Part shown: positions 7,827 through 15,722 of the stretch, piece after piece | Position numbering within the stretch: position 1 is the stretch's first letter | How the letters are laid out: each line of letters opens with the position of its first letter | Assembly: GCA_966238865.1 (NCBI GenBank) | Contig: CBILQL010000001.1 | Span: forward strand, 1 to 29,813 | Direction of reading: 5' to 3' | Origin: an uncultured bacterium | GTDB lineage: Bacteria; Fibrobacterota; Fibrobacteria; UBA11236 | DNA: 29,813 bases | Made by a program: the position numbers and the translations under genes | Notes under the pieces: model-generated | Databases searched by the model: none | Seen by the model: the letters and a program-made list of their open reading frames with translations, nothing else | What the model was told of the DNA's origin: nothing

Positions 7827-10800
7827 AGTACGTCCTGAAATTCGCCAGCAGGCCGGGGTCCACGGCTATCGCATCCGGGAACCGTGTAGGCTCCGCGTCG
7901 GACAGGCGCGTGGCGTACCGGCCGGTCACCCCGCAATGCACGCCGGTGCCGTCCATGCCGATGTTGTCGATGTGCGATACCGTGGGATAGATGAAATGCC
8001 CGCGGTTGAGGTAGACCGTCAGCACCCAGTTGAGGGTCCAGACGTCCTTTGTGGTCCCCTGCAGGATGCCGTTCAGGGTCAGGGGGATGTCGCTCCCCCC
8101 CTGTGCCAGATCGATGCCGCGATCCAGGGCCTCGCGGGTCGCTTTGCGCAGGTCGCGCTCCAGCTTGCTCCAGGCGCGCTTCCAGGTGGCCCAGCCCCAG
8201 CTGCCGATGCGCGGCAGGAAATACAGGTCGTAGGGATAGCGCGCCAGCAGGGGCTCCGGGACGTTGACGGTATATCCGGAAATCCCGAAGACCTCCTCCC
8301 GGTCCCGGTAATGGGTGAGGGTCTTCCGCATGAATTCGAAGAAGCGCTTCTGGGGCACGCAATCGTCCTCCAGGAGGATGACGGTCTCGTGGCTTTCCAG
8401 GAGGCCGTCCACGGCGCCCATGATCGAGCGGGCCAGCCCGCGGTTCTCGGAGGCCTCGTGGATTTGGGGCCGCGTCCAGTCCACCGCACGGCAGAGCTTG
8501 CGGGTCCTTTCGACGGCCTCGGCATCCGCCCCGTTCCTCGCGCCGTCGCAGAAGATGTGGATGTTCCTGGCCCCCGAGTCCTTCAAGGCCGCGAGGACGC
8601 GGGCGGTGTGCTCTGGCCGCTTGTAGGCGACCAGCGCCACCGGAATGTCGTCCAGATCCATCGGCAGGCCGCGGGAGACCGCCGGCGCGGAGGCGGCCGG
8701 GGACGGCGCAGCCTTCCAGCCGTCCTCCGCGGATCGCGGGGTGGACGGCGGCGGAGCCGCAGGGTCCTTGCCGCGCGCGGCGACGATGCGAACCTGGTAG
8801 TTCCCGTTCCTCGCGGCGTGCTCGCGGCAGGCGCGGTGGAAGCCCTCTTCCCCGCGGGATTCCCAGACGGAGGCGTAGTCTGGAGGCCATTGGTGCTGGA
8901 CGTTCTCCGCGGCGAGGACCTCGAAACCGGCCGTTGCGAAGAGGTTCCCCAGGGTCATGGGATTCCAGGTGTACAGGTGCTTGTTCACGTCGGCAGGGTC
9001 GTAGGCGATCTGCGGGCCATCATGGGGGACCACGAACACGGCCCTGCCGCCGGGCTTCAGCTTCCGGCGCAGCAGCCGGAGGACTTCGAGGGGGGATTCC
9101 ACGTGCTCCAGGGCATGGTTGGAGACGATAACGTCGGCGCAGGCGTCCGGCAGATCGGCGGGGCTCTCGACGGCGTCGATGCCGCGCTCGATGGAAGCCT
9201 CCTTGCGTGCGACCTCGTTGATTTCCACGCCCAGCTTGGCCGCCCCCGGAAGGTTGCGCAGCAGGTACCCTCCCCCGCTGCCGAAGTCTATCACGGTATC
9301 GCCGGTCTTGACGTGGTCCCGGAACTTGAACAGGTTCGCGGCGCCGCCGAAGGCTCCCACCGATTTCTGCCACCGGAAGTAATCCTTCCCGTAGTACCCG
9401 CCCCCGCCCCCGGTAGCGGATTCCGCGCGGGCTTCCCCGGCGGGGTCCGCGCCGCGCGGGGCCCGCGCCGGCGCTCCGCCCGAGTCCCCGCCGGAACGGG
9501 AGAGGTGATGCGATGCCTGATCGGGGTGCACGGGATAGGACACGCGCGTGGCCTCCTGGAACTCGACCCTCGCTTCGTCCCGCTTGTCCTGGGCCAGGAG
9601 CAGGATGCCGTTCCAGAGGTGCAGGTGGCCGTCCATGGCCGCGTCCTTCCCGAGCATGCAGCGCAGGGTGGTCGCCAGAGCCTCGGGCAGCCGGCCGATG
9701 ATCAGCTCCTGCTGCAGGATGCGTCCGCGCTCGGCGGCCGGGGCCGAGGCGAACCCCAGGCTGTCGCGCATGGCCTGGAAAAGGGCGCCGCCTTCCCGGT
9801 AGGTCCGGGACAGTTCGTCGATCCAATGCGAGGCGAAGGAGAAGCCGAGGCGCGTCCTCCCGCGGGCGAACGGGCGGCCGGGCACCTTGCGCCCGCAGGT
9901 GAGGGTTTCGACCTGCCTGTGATCGGCCAGCAGCGGGCCGGCATGCTCGAGCCAGACCCGCCAGGGGCCGGGCCACCCGGGCTCCACGTCATGGAAGGCG
10001 ATCCAGCCGCCGTCCTTGACGAAGGGGTAGATCAGCTCGAAATCCTTGAGCACGTCGATATATTCGTGCGACGCGTCGATGAAGACGAAATCCAGCATGG
10101 GCCGCGACGACCAGGTGGGAAGCACGTCGTAGGTGAACCCCTTGAGGCCCTCGCAATGCCCCTCCACGCCCAACCGCTTCAGGTTGCCGAGACATTCCTG
10201 GTAGAAGTCGTGGGACTTGCCCATGATGCCGTCGTTGCCGCAGAAGGTGTCGATGGAATAGATGCGCTTGTCGCTGCCCATGCAGGCCAGGGCCATTGCG
10301 CTGGTGGACCGGCCCCGGTCCGCCCCCATCTCCAGGATATGGCCACCCTCCGGAACGGCCTTGGCCATTTCGAAGAGGAACTTCTCCTGCCCTTCGAGGA
10401 GCCATCCGGAGACGCTCTCCACCAGGGGCCGCGCCTCCTCGTAGGTGGCGTAGACCTTCTCCCGCGCGAAAGGATTACCCGGGACCGCGGACCAGCCGGT
10501 GGTTACGGGCCGCGGAACGGGGGCGGAGGCGTGCTTGGCCTCGCCCCCGGCATTCCCCTTCCAGCCCATGCCTTCGGCCATCCCGCGGACCTCCGCGTCC
10601 CCGGAGTTCCGGTCCAGGTAATGGGCCAGCATGGACAGGGCGGTGTCGGAGTCCCCCATCTGGCGGAGGAGGTCGGCGCTCCCCAGGATGGAGACCCTGT
10701 CGTAGGGATCGCGTTCCAGCCTGTCCGCGTAGGTGAGGAGCGCCTCCTTCACGGCGAGGTCGTCGGCCGGCGCCGCGGCGCGCGCCTCCCCCGGGAGCAT

Positions 10801-11418
10801 GGCCGGCGCTGCCACGGACGGCGGGTGGATGGTCAGCTGGGGAAGCCGGGTCTTGTGCACGCAGCTGTTCTCCTTACGCTCGTAGAAGGTGTTGAAGAAG
10901 AGGGCCGAGAAGTCCGCGGGGGATTCCAGGGAGAAGGCGTCCATGTATTCGCACACCGTCTGCAGGAAGGCGCGCCGCATCACGAAGAGCGCAAGCAGCT
11001 GGCCCGGATCCCGGAGGGCCGGGAAAGCCCTCGTGGCGGAGTCGAAGTCGGCCATGTCGGCCGCTGCCGTGAGGATCTCCCCGACCACCCTGCCGCCGCC
11101 GTCCGCCAGGCGGGCCGCCCAGGCCACGACCTGGAGGTCGAGCTCCTCCGACGCGCCGAATATCCCCACACTGCGATCCAGCATGCCCTCGTCCACGTCC
11201 ACGTTGTCCGGGGCCACGTACACGAACTCCCCTTCGGCCCGCGCCATCCCGGATTGCAGCGCCTCCGAGATTTCCTTGGAACCCGCGCCGGGCGGGAAGG
11301 CGACCTCTATGAACTGCAGGTTCCTATGCCGCGAACGCCTCAAGCTCGCGGCGGAACGGGATTCGCCGCGCGTCCCGTTCCCGCCGGAAACCAGCAATAC
11401 CGATATCAGGGGTTCCAT
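7816..11418 (-). CDS. ~1200-aa multidomain protein: degenerate GT2-like domain, TPR-like segment, class I SAM methyltransferase, TPR-like segment, second SAM methyltransferase, C-terminal GT-A glycosyltransferase
   Basis: Likely start ATG 11418 (MEPLISVLL) after GGGAGG; the track start is 11463. MT1: ILEMGADRGRS, FIDASHEY, GGWIAFHD. MT2: VIDFGSGGG, NHALEHV, LKPGG. GT: PVALVAYKRPEH, IFCDG, NRGLARS, ILLEDD, FGISGY. Confidence 0.8.
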   Translation of the reverse strand: MEPLISVLLVSGGNGTRGESRSAASLRRSRHRNLQFIEVAFPPGAGSKEISEALQSGMARAEGEFVYVAPDNVDVDEGMLDRSVGIFGASEELDLQVVAWAARLADGGGRVVGEILTAAADMADFDSATRAFPALRDPGQLLALFVMRRAFLQTVCEYMDAFSLESPADFSALFFNTFYERKENSCVHKTRLPQLTIHPPSVAAPAMLPGEARAAAPADDLAVKEALLTYADRLERDPYDRVSILGSADLLRQMGDSDTALSMLAHYLDRNSGDAEVRGMAEGMGWKGNAGGEAKHASAPVPRPVTTGWSAVPGNPFAREKVYATYEEARPLVESVSGWLLEGQEKFLFEMAKAVPEGGHILEMGADRGRSTSAMALACMGSDKRIYSIDTFCGNDGIMGKSHDFYQECLGNLKRLGVEGHCEGLKGFTYDVLPTWSSRPMLDFVFIDASHEYIDVLKDFELIYPFVKDGGWIAFHDVEPGWPGPWRVWLEHAGPLLADHRQVETLTCGRKVPGRPFARGRTRLGFSFASHWIDELSRTYREGGALFQAMRDSLGFASAPAAERGRILQQELIIGRLPEALATTLRCMLGKDAAMDGHLHLWNGILLLAQDKRDEARVEFQEATRVSYPVHPDQASHHLSRSGGDSGGAPARAPRGADPAGEARAESATGGGGGYYGKDYFRWQKSVGAFGGAANLFKFRDHVKTGDTVIDFGSGGGYLLRNLPGAAKLGVEINEVARKEASIERGIDAVESPADLPDACADVIVSNHALEHVESPLEVLRLLRRKLKPGGRAVFVVPHDGPQIAYDPADVNKHLYTWNPMTLGNLFATAGFEVLAAENVQHQWPPDYASVWESRGEEGFHRACREHAARNGNYQVRIVAARGKDPAAPPPSTPRSAEDGWKAAPSPAASAPAVSRGLPMDLDDIPVALVAYKRPEHTARVLAALKDSGARNIHIFCDGARNGADAEAVERTRKLCRAVDWTRPQIHEASENRGLARSIMGAVDGLLESHETVILLEDDCVPQKRFFEFMRKTLTHYRDREEVFGISGYTVNVPEPLLARYPYDLYFLPRIGSWGWATWKRAWSKLERDLRKATREALDRGIDLAQGGSDIPLTLNGILQGTTKDVWTLNWVLTVYLNRGHFIYPTVSHIDNIGMDGTGVHCGVTGRYATRLSDAEPTRFPDAIAVDPGLLANFRTYYDA

Positions 11419-11461
11419 GCGCCTCCCATGGGGATGGGTACCATTCCAATGAATTCCATCC

Positions 11462-11491
11462 ATTCTATGAAATCGGGGATTTGGAATTCAA
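11462..11491 (-). promoter_or_regulatory. Putative sigma70 promoter for the glycosylation operon
   Basis: Minus strand TTGAAT (11491-11486), N18, TAGAAT (11467-11462), about 45 nt upstream of ATG 11418. Confidence 0.6.
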
Positions 11492-11623
11492 CGCGCGAGG
11501 CGGGCCCGCGGGATGGCGGTTCCCCGCTTAGGTTTTTTGAGGGCGGCCGCCCCTTCCCCAACTTCCTCAATCCCGGCGGACGCGGGCCTCTGCAGTCTCC
11601 GGTAGCGGATGGATCGACGGGCA

Positions 11624-11632
11624 TGCTATCCT
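11624..11632 (+). promoter_or_regulatory. Putative extended -10 element for pseB
   Basis: TGCTATCCT fits TGnTAnnnT, 36 nt upstream of ATG 11669. The same TGCTAnnnT pattern occurs before three other genes in the window. Confidence 0.45.
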
Positions 11633-11668
11633 AGGAAAATGAGCATGGAGCGAGGGAACGGAGAGTTC

Positions 11669-12793
11669 ATGGATCTGACCAACAAATCGATTCTCGTGAC
11701 GGGAGGAACAGGTTCGTTCGGCCAGAAGTTCCTGCGGATGACCCTGGAACGCTTCACCCCCGCCCGCGTCGTCGTGTATTCGCGCGACGAGATGAAGCAA
11801 TGGGACATGGCCAACGCCTTCAAGAACCACCCCAAGAAGGATCTGATCCGCTTCTTCATCGGCGACGTGCGCGACAAGGAGCGGCTGCACCGCGCCTTCA
11901 GCGGCATCGACTTCGTGATCCACGCCGCCGCCGTCAAGATAGTCCCGGCCGCGGAATACAACCCGTTCGAGGCCATCAAGACGAACATAAACGGCGCCAT
12001 GAACATCATCGATTGCGCCATCGACCAAAAGGTGAAGCGCGTGGTGGCGCTCAGCACCGACAAGGCGTGCAATCCCGTGAACCTCTACGGCGCCACCAAA
12101 CTCTGCTCCGACAAGCTCTTCGTCGCCGGCAACAGCTACGGAGGCCACGGGGAAACCCGCTTCGCCGTGGTCCGCTACGGCAACGTGATGGGCAGCCGCG
12201 GCTCTATCATCCCGCTTTTCCTGTCCCTGGCCCGCACCAGGGAGATCCCCATCACCGACACGCGCATGACGCGCTTCATGATCACCCTGGATCAGGGCGT
12301 GGAGCTGGTCTGGCACGCCTTGGCCAATGCCGTGGGCGGCGATATCTACGTGCGGAAGATCCCTTCCATGAAGCTTCCGGACATCGCCCAGGCCTGCGCC
12401 CCCGGCGCGAAGCTCCGGATCATCGGTGTCCGCCCCGGGGAGAAGCTGCACGAGCAGATGATCAGCGTCGAGGACGCGGAGCATACCTGGGAGTACAAAT
12501 CCCATTACAAGATCCTGCCCTCCATCAACGGATGGGACAAGGACCCCCGCCGCATCGGGAACGGACGGAAATGCCCGGACGGGTTCTTCTATACCAGCGA
12601 CAACAACACGCAGTGGCTGTCCATCCCGGAGCTGAGGGCCTGGATGATCAAGGAGGCCACCCACCCGCACGGCATCCTCAAGGCCGAGGCCGAACTGGCC
12701 AGGAAGCTGGGCGACCCCGGCGCCGAAGGCAAGGAGGACTGGTCGCCGGACGCAAAATCCGCCGCTCCGCAGGATTCCTCCCTGCCGCGTTGA
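11669..12793 (+). CDS. pseB: UDP-N-acetylglucosamine 4,6-dehydratase (inverting)
   Basis: MDLTNKSILVTGGTGSFG, HAAAVKIVP, STDKACNPVNLYGATKL, VRYGNVMGSRGS, GVRPGEKLHE. Start 11669 is preferred to the track start 11609. Confidence 0.92.
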   Translation: MDLTNKSILVTGGTGSFGQKFLRMTLERFTPARVVVYSRDEMKQWDMANAFKNHPKKDLIRFFIGDVRDKERLHRAFSGIDFVIHAAAVKIVPAAEYNPFEAIKTNINGAMNIIDCAIDQKVKRVVALSTDKACNPVNLYGATKLCSDKLFVAGNSYGGHGETRFAVVRYGNVMGSRGSIIPLFLSLARTREIPITDTRMTRFMITLDQGVELVWHALANAVGGDIYVRKIPSMKLPDIAQACAPGAKLRIIGVRPGEKLHEQMISVEDAEHTWEYKSHYKILPSINGWDKDPRRIGNGRKCPDGFFYTSDNNTQWLSIPELRAWMIKEATHPHGILKAEAELARKLGDPGAEGKEDWSPDAKSAAPQDSSLPR

Positions 12794-12838
12794 CGCCTCC
12801 CCGGGGCCCCGGGGAATTTGCTACGTTGACGCCTCCCC
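12788..12838 (+). repeat. 15-bp direct repeat enclosing an 18-bp perfect palindrome
   Basis: CGTTGACGCCTCCCC at 12788-12802 and 12824-12838; TCCCCGGGGCCCCGGGGA at 12798-12815. Confidence 0.9.
12819..12827 (+). promoter_or_regulatory. Putative extended -10 element for the RlmI-like gene
   Basis: TGCTACGTT, 11 nt before ATG 12839. Confidence 0.4.
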
Positions 12839-14017
12839 ATGGAAATCCCCACTGTCCAGATCAATGCCGATCGGACGAAAAGCATCCTGGCCGGCCATCC
12901 CTGGATCTTCTCCGGCGCCCTGGCCCGAAAACCCGAGGTCCCGGACGGATCCCTGGTCCGCGTCCTGGCGGGAAAAGGGTTCCTGGGCGTGGGCTATTAC
13001 AACAGCCGCACCGACATCGCCATCCGGCTGCTCACGCGTCGCGACGAGGCCGTGGACGCGGGATTCTTCGAAGGGCGTTTCCGGGAGCTCCGCCGCCGCA
13101 AGGAAGCCTGGCTGCCGCCGGACACCGACGCCTACCGCGCCGTCTTCGGCGAGGCCGACGGACTGCCCGGACTCGTGGTCGATCGCTACGCCGGCGTCCT
13201 GTCCGTCCAGTTCCATACCGCCGGCATGGAGGCGCTCAAACCCCTGGTGCTGCAGGGCCTGTTGGAAGCCCATTCGCCAGCCTCGGTGGTGGAACGCAGC
13301 GACGTCGGCGCCCGGCGGGCCGAAGGGTTGGAACCCCTGCCCCCGGCGCTCCTGCACGGGGCGCCCGTGCGCGAGACGGAGATCCGGGAGCAGGGCTTCA
13401 GGTTCGTCGTGGACGTGATGGAAGGCCAGAAGACGGGTTTCTTCCTCGACCAGCGCGAGAATCGCAAGGCGTTGACCCGCTTCTGCGTCGGCCGGAGCGT
13501 CCTCAATTGCTTCAGCTATTCCGGCGGCTTCTCGGTGTACGCCGCCTCGGCGGCCCGCCGGGTGGTGAGCGTGGACATCTCCAAGGCGGCGATCGGGCTC
13601 GCGCGCCGGAATTTCGCGCTGAACGGGTTCCCCGCGCCGGAGGGGGACTTCGTCGCCGCCGACGTGTTCGACCACCTGAAAGGGCTGGAGAAGGGCGCCT
13701 TCGATCTCATCCTCCTCGACCCCCCGTCCTTCGCCAAGAACCGCAGGCAATTGCCCAACGCCATCAAGGCCTATACCAGCCTCAACCAGTTGGCCCTGGA
13801 GAAGCTGCCCGAAGAGGGCATCCTCGTCTCCTCCTCCTGCACTTCCCATGTGGATCAGGGCACCTTCATCAAGATCCTGCACCAGAGCGGCGTGCTGGCG
13901 AAATGCTCGTTGCGCGTCCTGGATTCGCGGGAGCAGCCCTTCGATCATCCCTACCACCTCTCGTTCCCCGAAGGCCGCTACCTCAAATTCTTCGTGCTCC
14001 AGAAAAGCGCGCTTTGA
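12839..14017 (+). CDS. rlmI: RlmI/YccW-like rRNA m5C methyltransferase (PUA + class I SAM domain)
   Basis: GHPWIFS, FGEADGLPGLVVDRY, GQKTGFFLDQRENR, LNCFSYSGGF, LDPPSF, EGRYLKF. Confidence 0.85.
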   Translation: MEIPTVQINADRTKSILAGHPWIFSGALARKPEVPDGSLVRVLAGKGFLGVGYYNSRTDIAIRLLTRRDEAVDAGFFEGRFRELRRRKEAWLPPDTDAYRAVFGEADGLPGLVVDRYAGVLSVQFHTAGMEALKPLVLQGLLEAHSPASVVERSDVGARRAEGLEPLPPALLHGAPVRETEIREQGFRFVVDVMEGQKTGFFLDQRENRKALTRFCVGRSVLNCFSYSGGFSVYAASAARRVVSVDISKAAIGLARRNFALNGFPAPEGDFVAADVFDHLKGLEKGAFDLILLDPPSFAKNRRQLPNAIKAYTSLNQLALEKLPEEGILVSSSCTSHVDQGTFIKILHQSGVLAKCSLRVLDSREQPFDHPYHLSFPEGRYLKFFVLQKSAL

Positions 14018-14058
14018 AGGGTGCGCTCAATGTGTGCAGGGATTCCCCCGGAAGGGAA

Positions 14059-14087
14059 TTGAACCGGGCTCCCACCCCGGGTAGGAT
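14059..14087 (+). promoter_or_regulatory. Putative sigma70 promoter for the Kelch protein gene
   Basis: TTGAAC (14059-14064), N17, TAGGAT (14082-14087). Confidence 0.55.
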
Positions 14088-14132
14088 CGCCGCGGACCGG
14101 ATGCACCGGTCCGGAATCAACGGAGCCTACGA

Positions 14133-15695
14133 ATGGCATTTACTGGAACCCCATCCTGGCGGGCATTCCTGCTCGGAACCCTGCTGGCGACGAACCAGGC
14201 CCTCCCTGCCGACCTCGTCCAGCATCTCTTCCCGCACAAGGACGGGGAGATAGCCAATACCGGCAACAACCTGGATCCGCTCCTCGAAGTGGGGAACAGC
14301 GGAAGCAAGGCCTGGATCCTCTATCAGACGGGCGGCACGGACCTTTCCTCGACAACCGGAGCGAACCTGACGCTTTACCTCGACAGCGTCCATGCTTCCG
14401 GAACGCTCAAGGTGTTCGCCCTGGAAAGCGCCGTACCGGCCCCGGAGCTGGATGTCGCGAGCGGAGACCTCGTCTACGACGATCTGGATCCCTGGACGGA
14501 GGTCGGCGTGACGACCGCGGACGGCGAAAAAATCCTCCGCATCGACCTGGATTCCCTTCTGGCGTCAGGCCCCTTCCACGGCCTGGTCCTGGAGGCCGCC
14601 GACGGGCTGCGGGTGGATATCGGCTCCAAGGACGGGCATCTCCAGCCTCTCATCGAGCTGAAATACGCATCCGCGACGCCGGAACAGGTGAACGCGGCCA
14701 TCACCGCGGCCACCGACGCGGCCGCCGCGGCTTCCGCCATCCTCTTCACCACGAGCTCCACGACCCCTTCGGGATTCAGCAGCACCGGGGTCCGGATCAG
14801 CTCGGAATCCCCTTCACCCTGGAACGTCAAGACATCCCTTTCCCCGGCGCGGTTGAGCCTGGCCTCGGCGGTGCTGGCCGGGAAGCTGCACATCGTAGGC
14901 GGTCGGGCGAGCGGCGCGACCTTCTACGACACGCACCAGTCCTACGACCCCGCCACCAACGCCTGGACCACCCTGGCCGGCATGCCGGCCTCCTTGTCCA
15001 ACCTCACCCTGACCGAGGCCGGCGGTTACCTGTACGCCATCGGCGGGCGGGACAACTCGAGCACCAAATCCTCCGTCTACCGCTATGATCCGGGGACGAA
15101 CGTCTGGAGCACCATGGCTTCCCTGTCCATGGCGCGCATGGATCACAGGACGGTCTCCTACGCGGGGAAAATCCACGTCCTGGACGGCGACCCCAATGCC
15201 ACCGGGGTCGAGACCACGTCCCATGAAGTGTACGACATCGCCGGGAACTCCTGGAGCGCGGGCACCGCCCTCCCCACCGCACGGTACGGATTTTCCGCCT
15301 CCGAGGTGGGCGGCAAGTTCTACCTGATAGGGGGAGTGACGTCCGCCGGCAGCCCGTCGGCGCTGAACCAGGCCTACGTTCCCGTCTCGTCGACGTGGAG
15401 CACCCTGACGCCCATGGACAGGCCCCGCTATGCGCAGGCGACCGTGGTCGCGAACGGCCTCATCTACATGTTCGCCGGGAACCGGACCAGCGCGATCTCG
15501 GACTGCGAGCAATACGATCCGGTTTCCGACACCTTCACGCCGGTTTCGTCGGCGCCTTCGGCGAGGTCCTGGCTGGCCGGCGGGCTCATCGGAGGCAAGG
15601 CCCACATCGTCGGCGGGTACGACGGGAGCAATCCCCTGGCCACGCATGAGGCCTATTCCATTCCCGTGACCCTGTTCGGCATCCTGAGGGATTGA
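14133..15695 (+). CDS. Secreted protein with an N-terminal beta-rich domain, Ala-rich linker and six Kelch repeats
   Basis: Signal-like N-terminus (WRAFLLGTLLATNQA). Six repeats with the GG...Y/W Kelch spacing run from W at 14820 to the C-terminus. The N-domain ends in GSKDGHLQPLIELKY, reminiscent of DNRLRE/CBM96-like modules (low confidence). Confidence 0.85.
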   Translation: MAFTGTPSWRAFLLGTLLATNQALPADLVQHLFPHKDGEIANTGNNLDPLLEVGNSGSKAWILYQTGGTDLSSTTGANLTLYLDSVHASGTLKVFALESAVPAPELDVASGDLVYDDLDPWTEVGVTTADGEKILRIDLDSLLASGPFHGLVLEAADGLRVDIGSKDGHLQPLIELKYASATPEQVNAAITAATDAAAAASAILFTTSSTTPSGFSSTGVRISSESPSPWNVKTSLSPARLSLASAVLAGKLHIVGGRASGATFYDTHQSYDPATNAWTTLAGMPASLSNLTLTEAGGYLYAIGGRDNSSTKSSVYRYDPGTNVWSTMASLSMARMDHRTVSYAGKIHVLDGDPNATGVETTSHEVYDIAGNSWSAGTALPTARYGFSASEVGGKFYLIGGVTSAGSPSALNQAYVPVSSTWSTLTPMDRPRYAQATVVANGLIYMFAGNRTSAISDCEQYDPVSDTFTPVSSAPSARSWLAGGLIGGKAHIVGGYDGSNPLATHEAYSIPVTLFGILRD

Positions 15696-15722
15696 ATCGC
15701 GGGCATGGGCGGCTCCGTCCGC

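Noticed and set aside
11425-11461. Two alternative hairpins near the RBS of the multidomain GT gene (possible RNA switch)
   Set aside because: The 5' arm of the longer hairpin (11461-11456) lies at or upstream of the predicted TSS. Only a 5-bp stem remains, too weak to claim a switch.
7777-11634. 1285-aa plus-strand ORF, and other long antisense or alternate-frame ORFs (e.g. 3847..5904, 1827..3155, 11800..14253, 14814..15647, 24122..25504)
   Set aside because: Shadow ORFs opposite or overlapping well-supported genes. They have no recognisable motifs and are expected in high-GC DNA with few stop codons.
11419-11668. Sigma54 or sigma28 promoter, as expected for flagellin glycosylation genes
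   Set aside because: No convincing TGGCAC-N5-TTGC or TAAA-N15-GCCGATAA match on either strand. No flagellar genes are in the window, so the glycan acceptor is unknown.
14133-14200. Twin-arginine signal in the Kelch protein (SWRAFLL) or EEP lipoprotein (LRRL, LRRP)
   Set aside because: The Kelch protein has only one Arg, and the lipoprotein RR pairs lack the following F-L consensus. Sec export is more likely.
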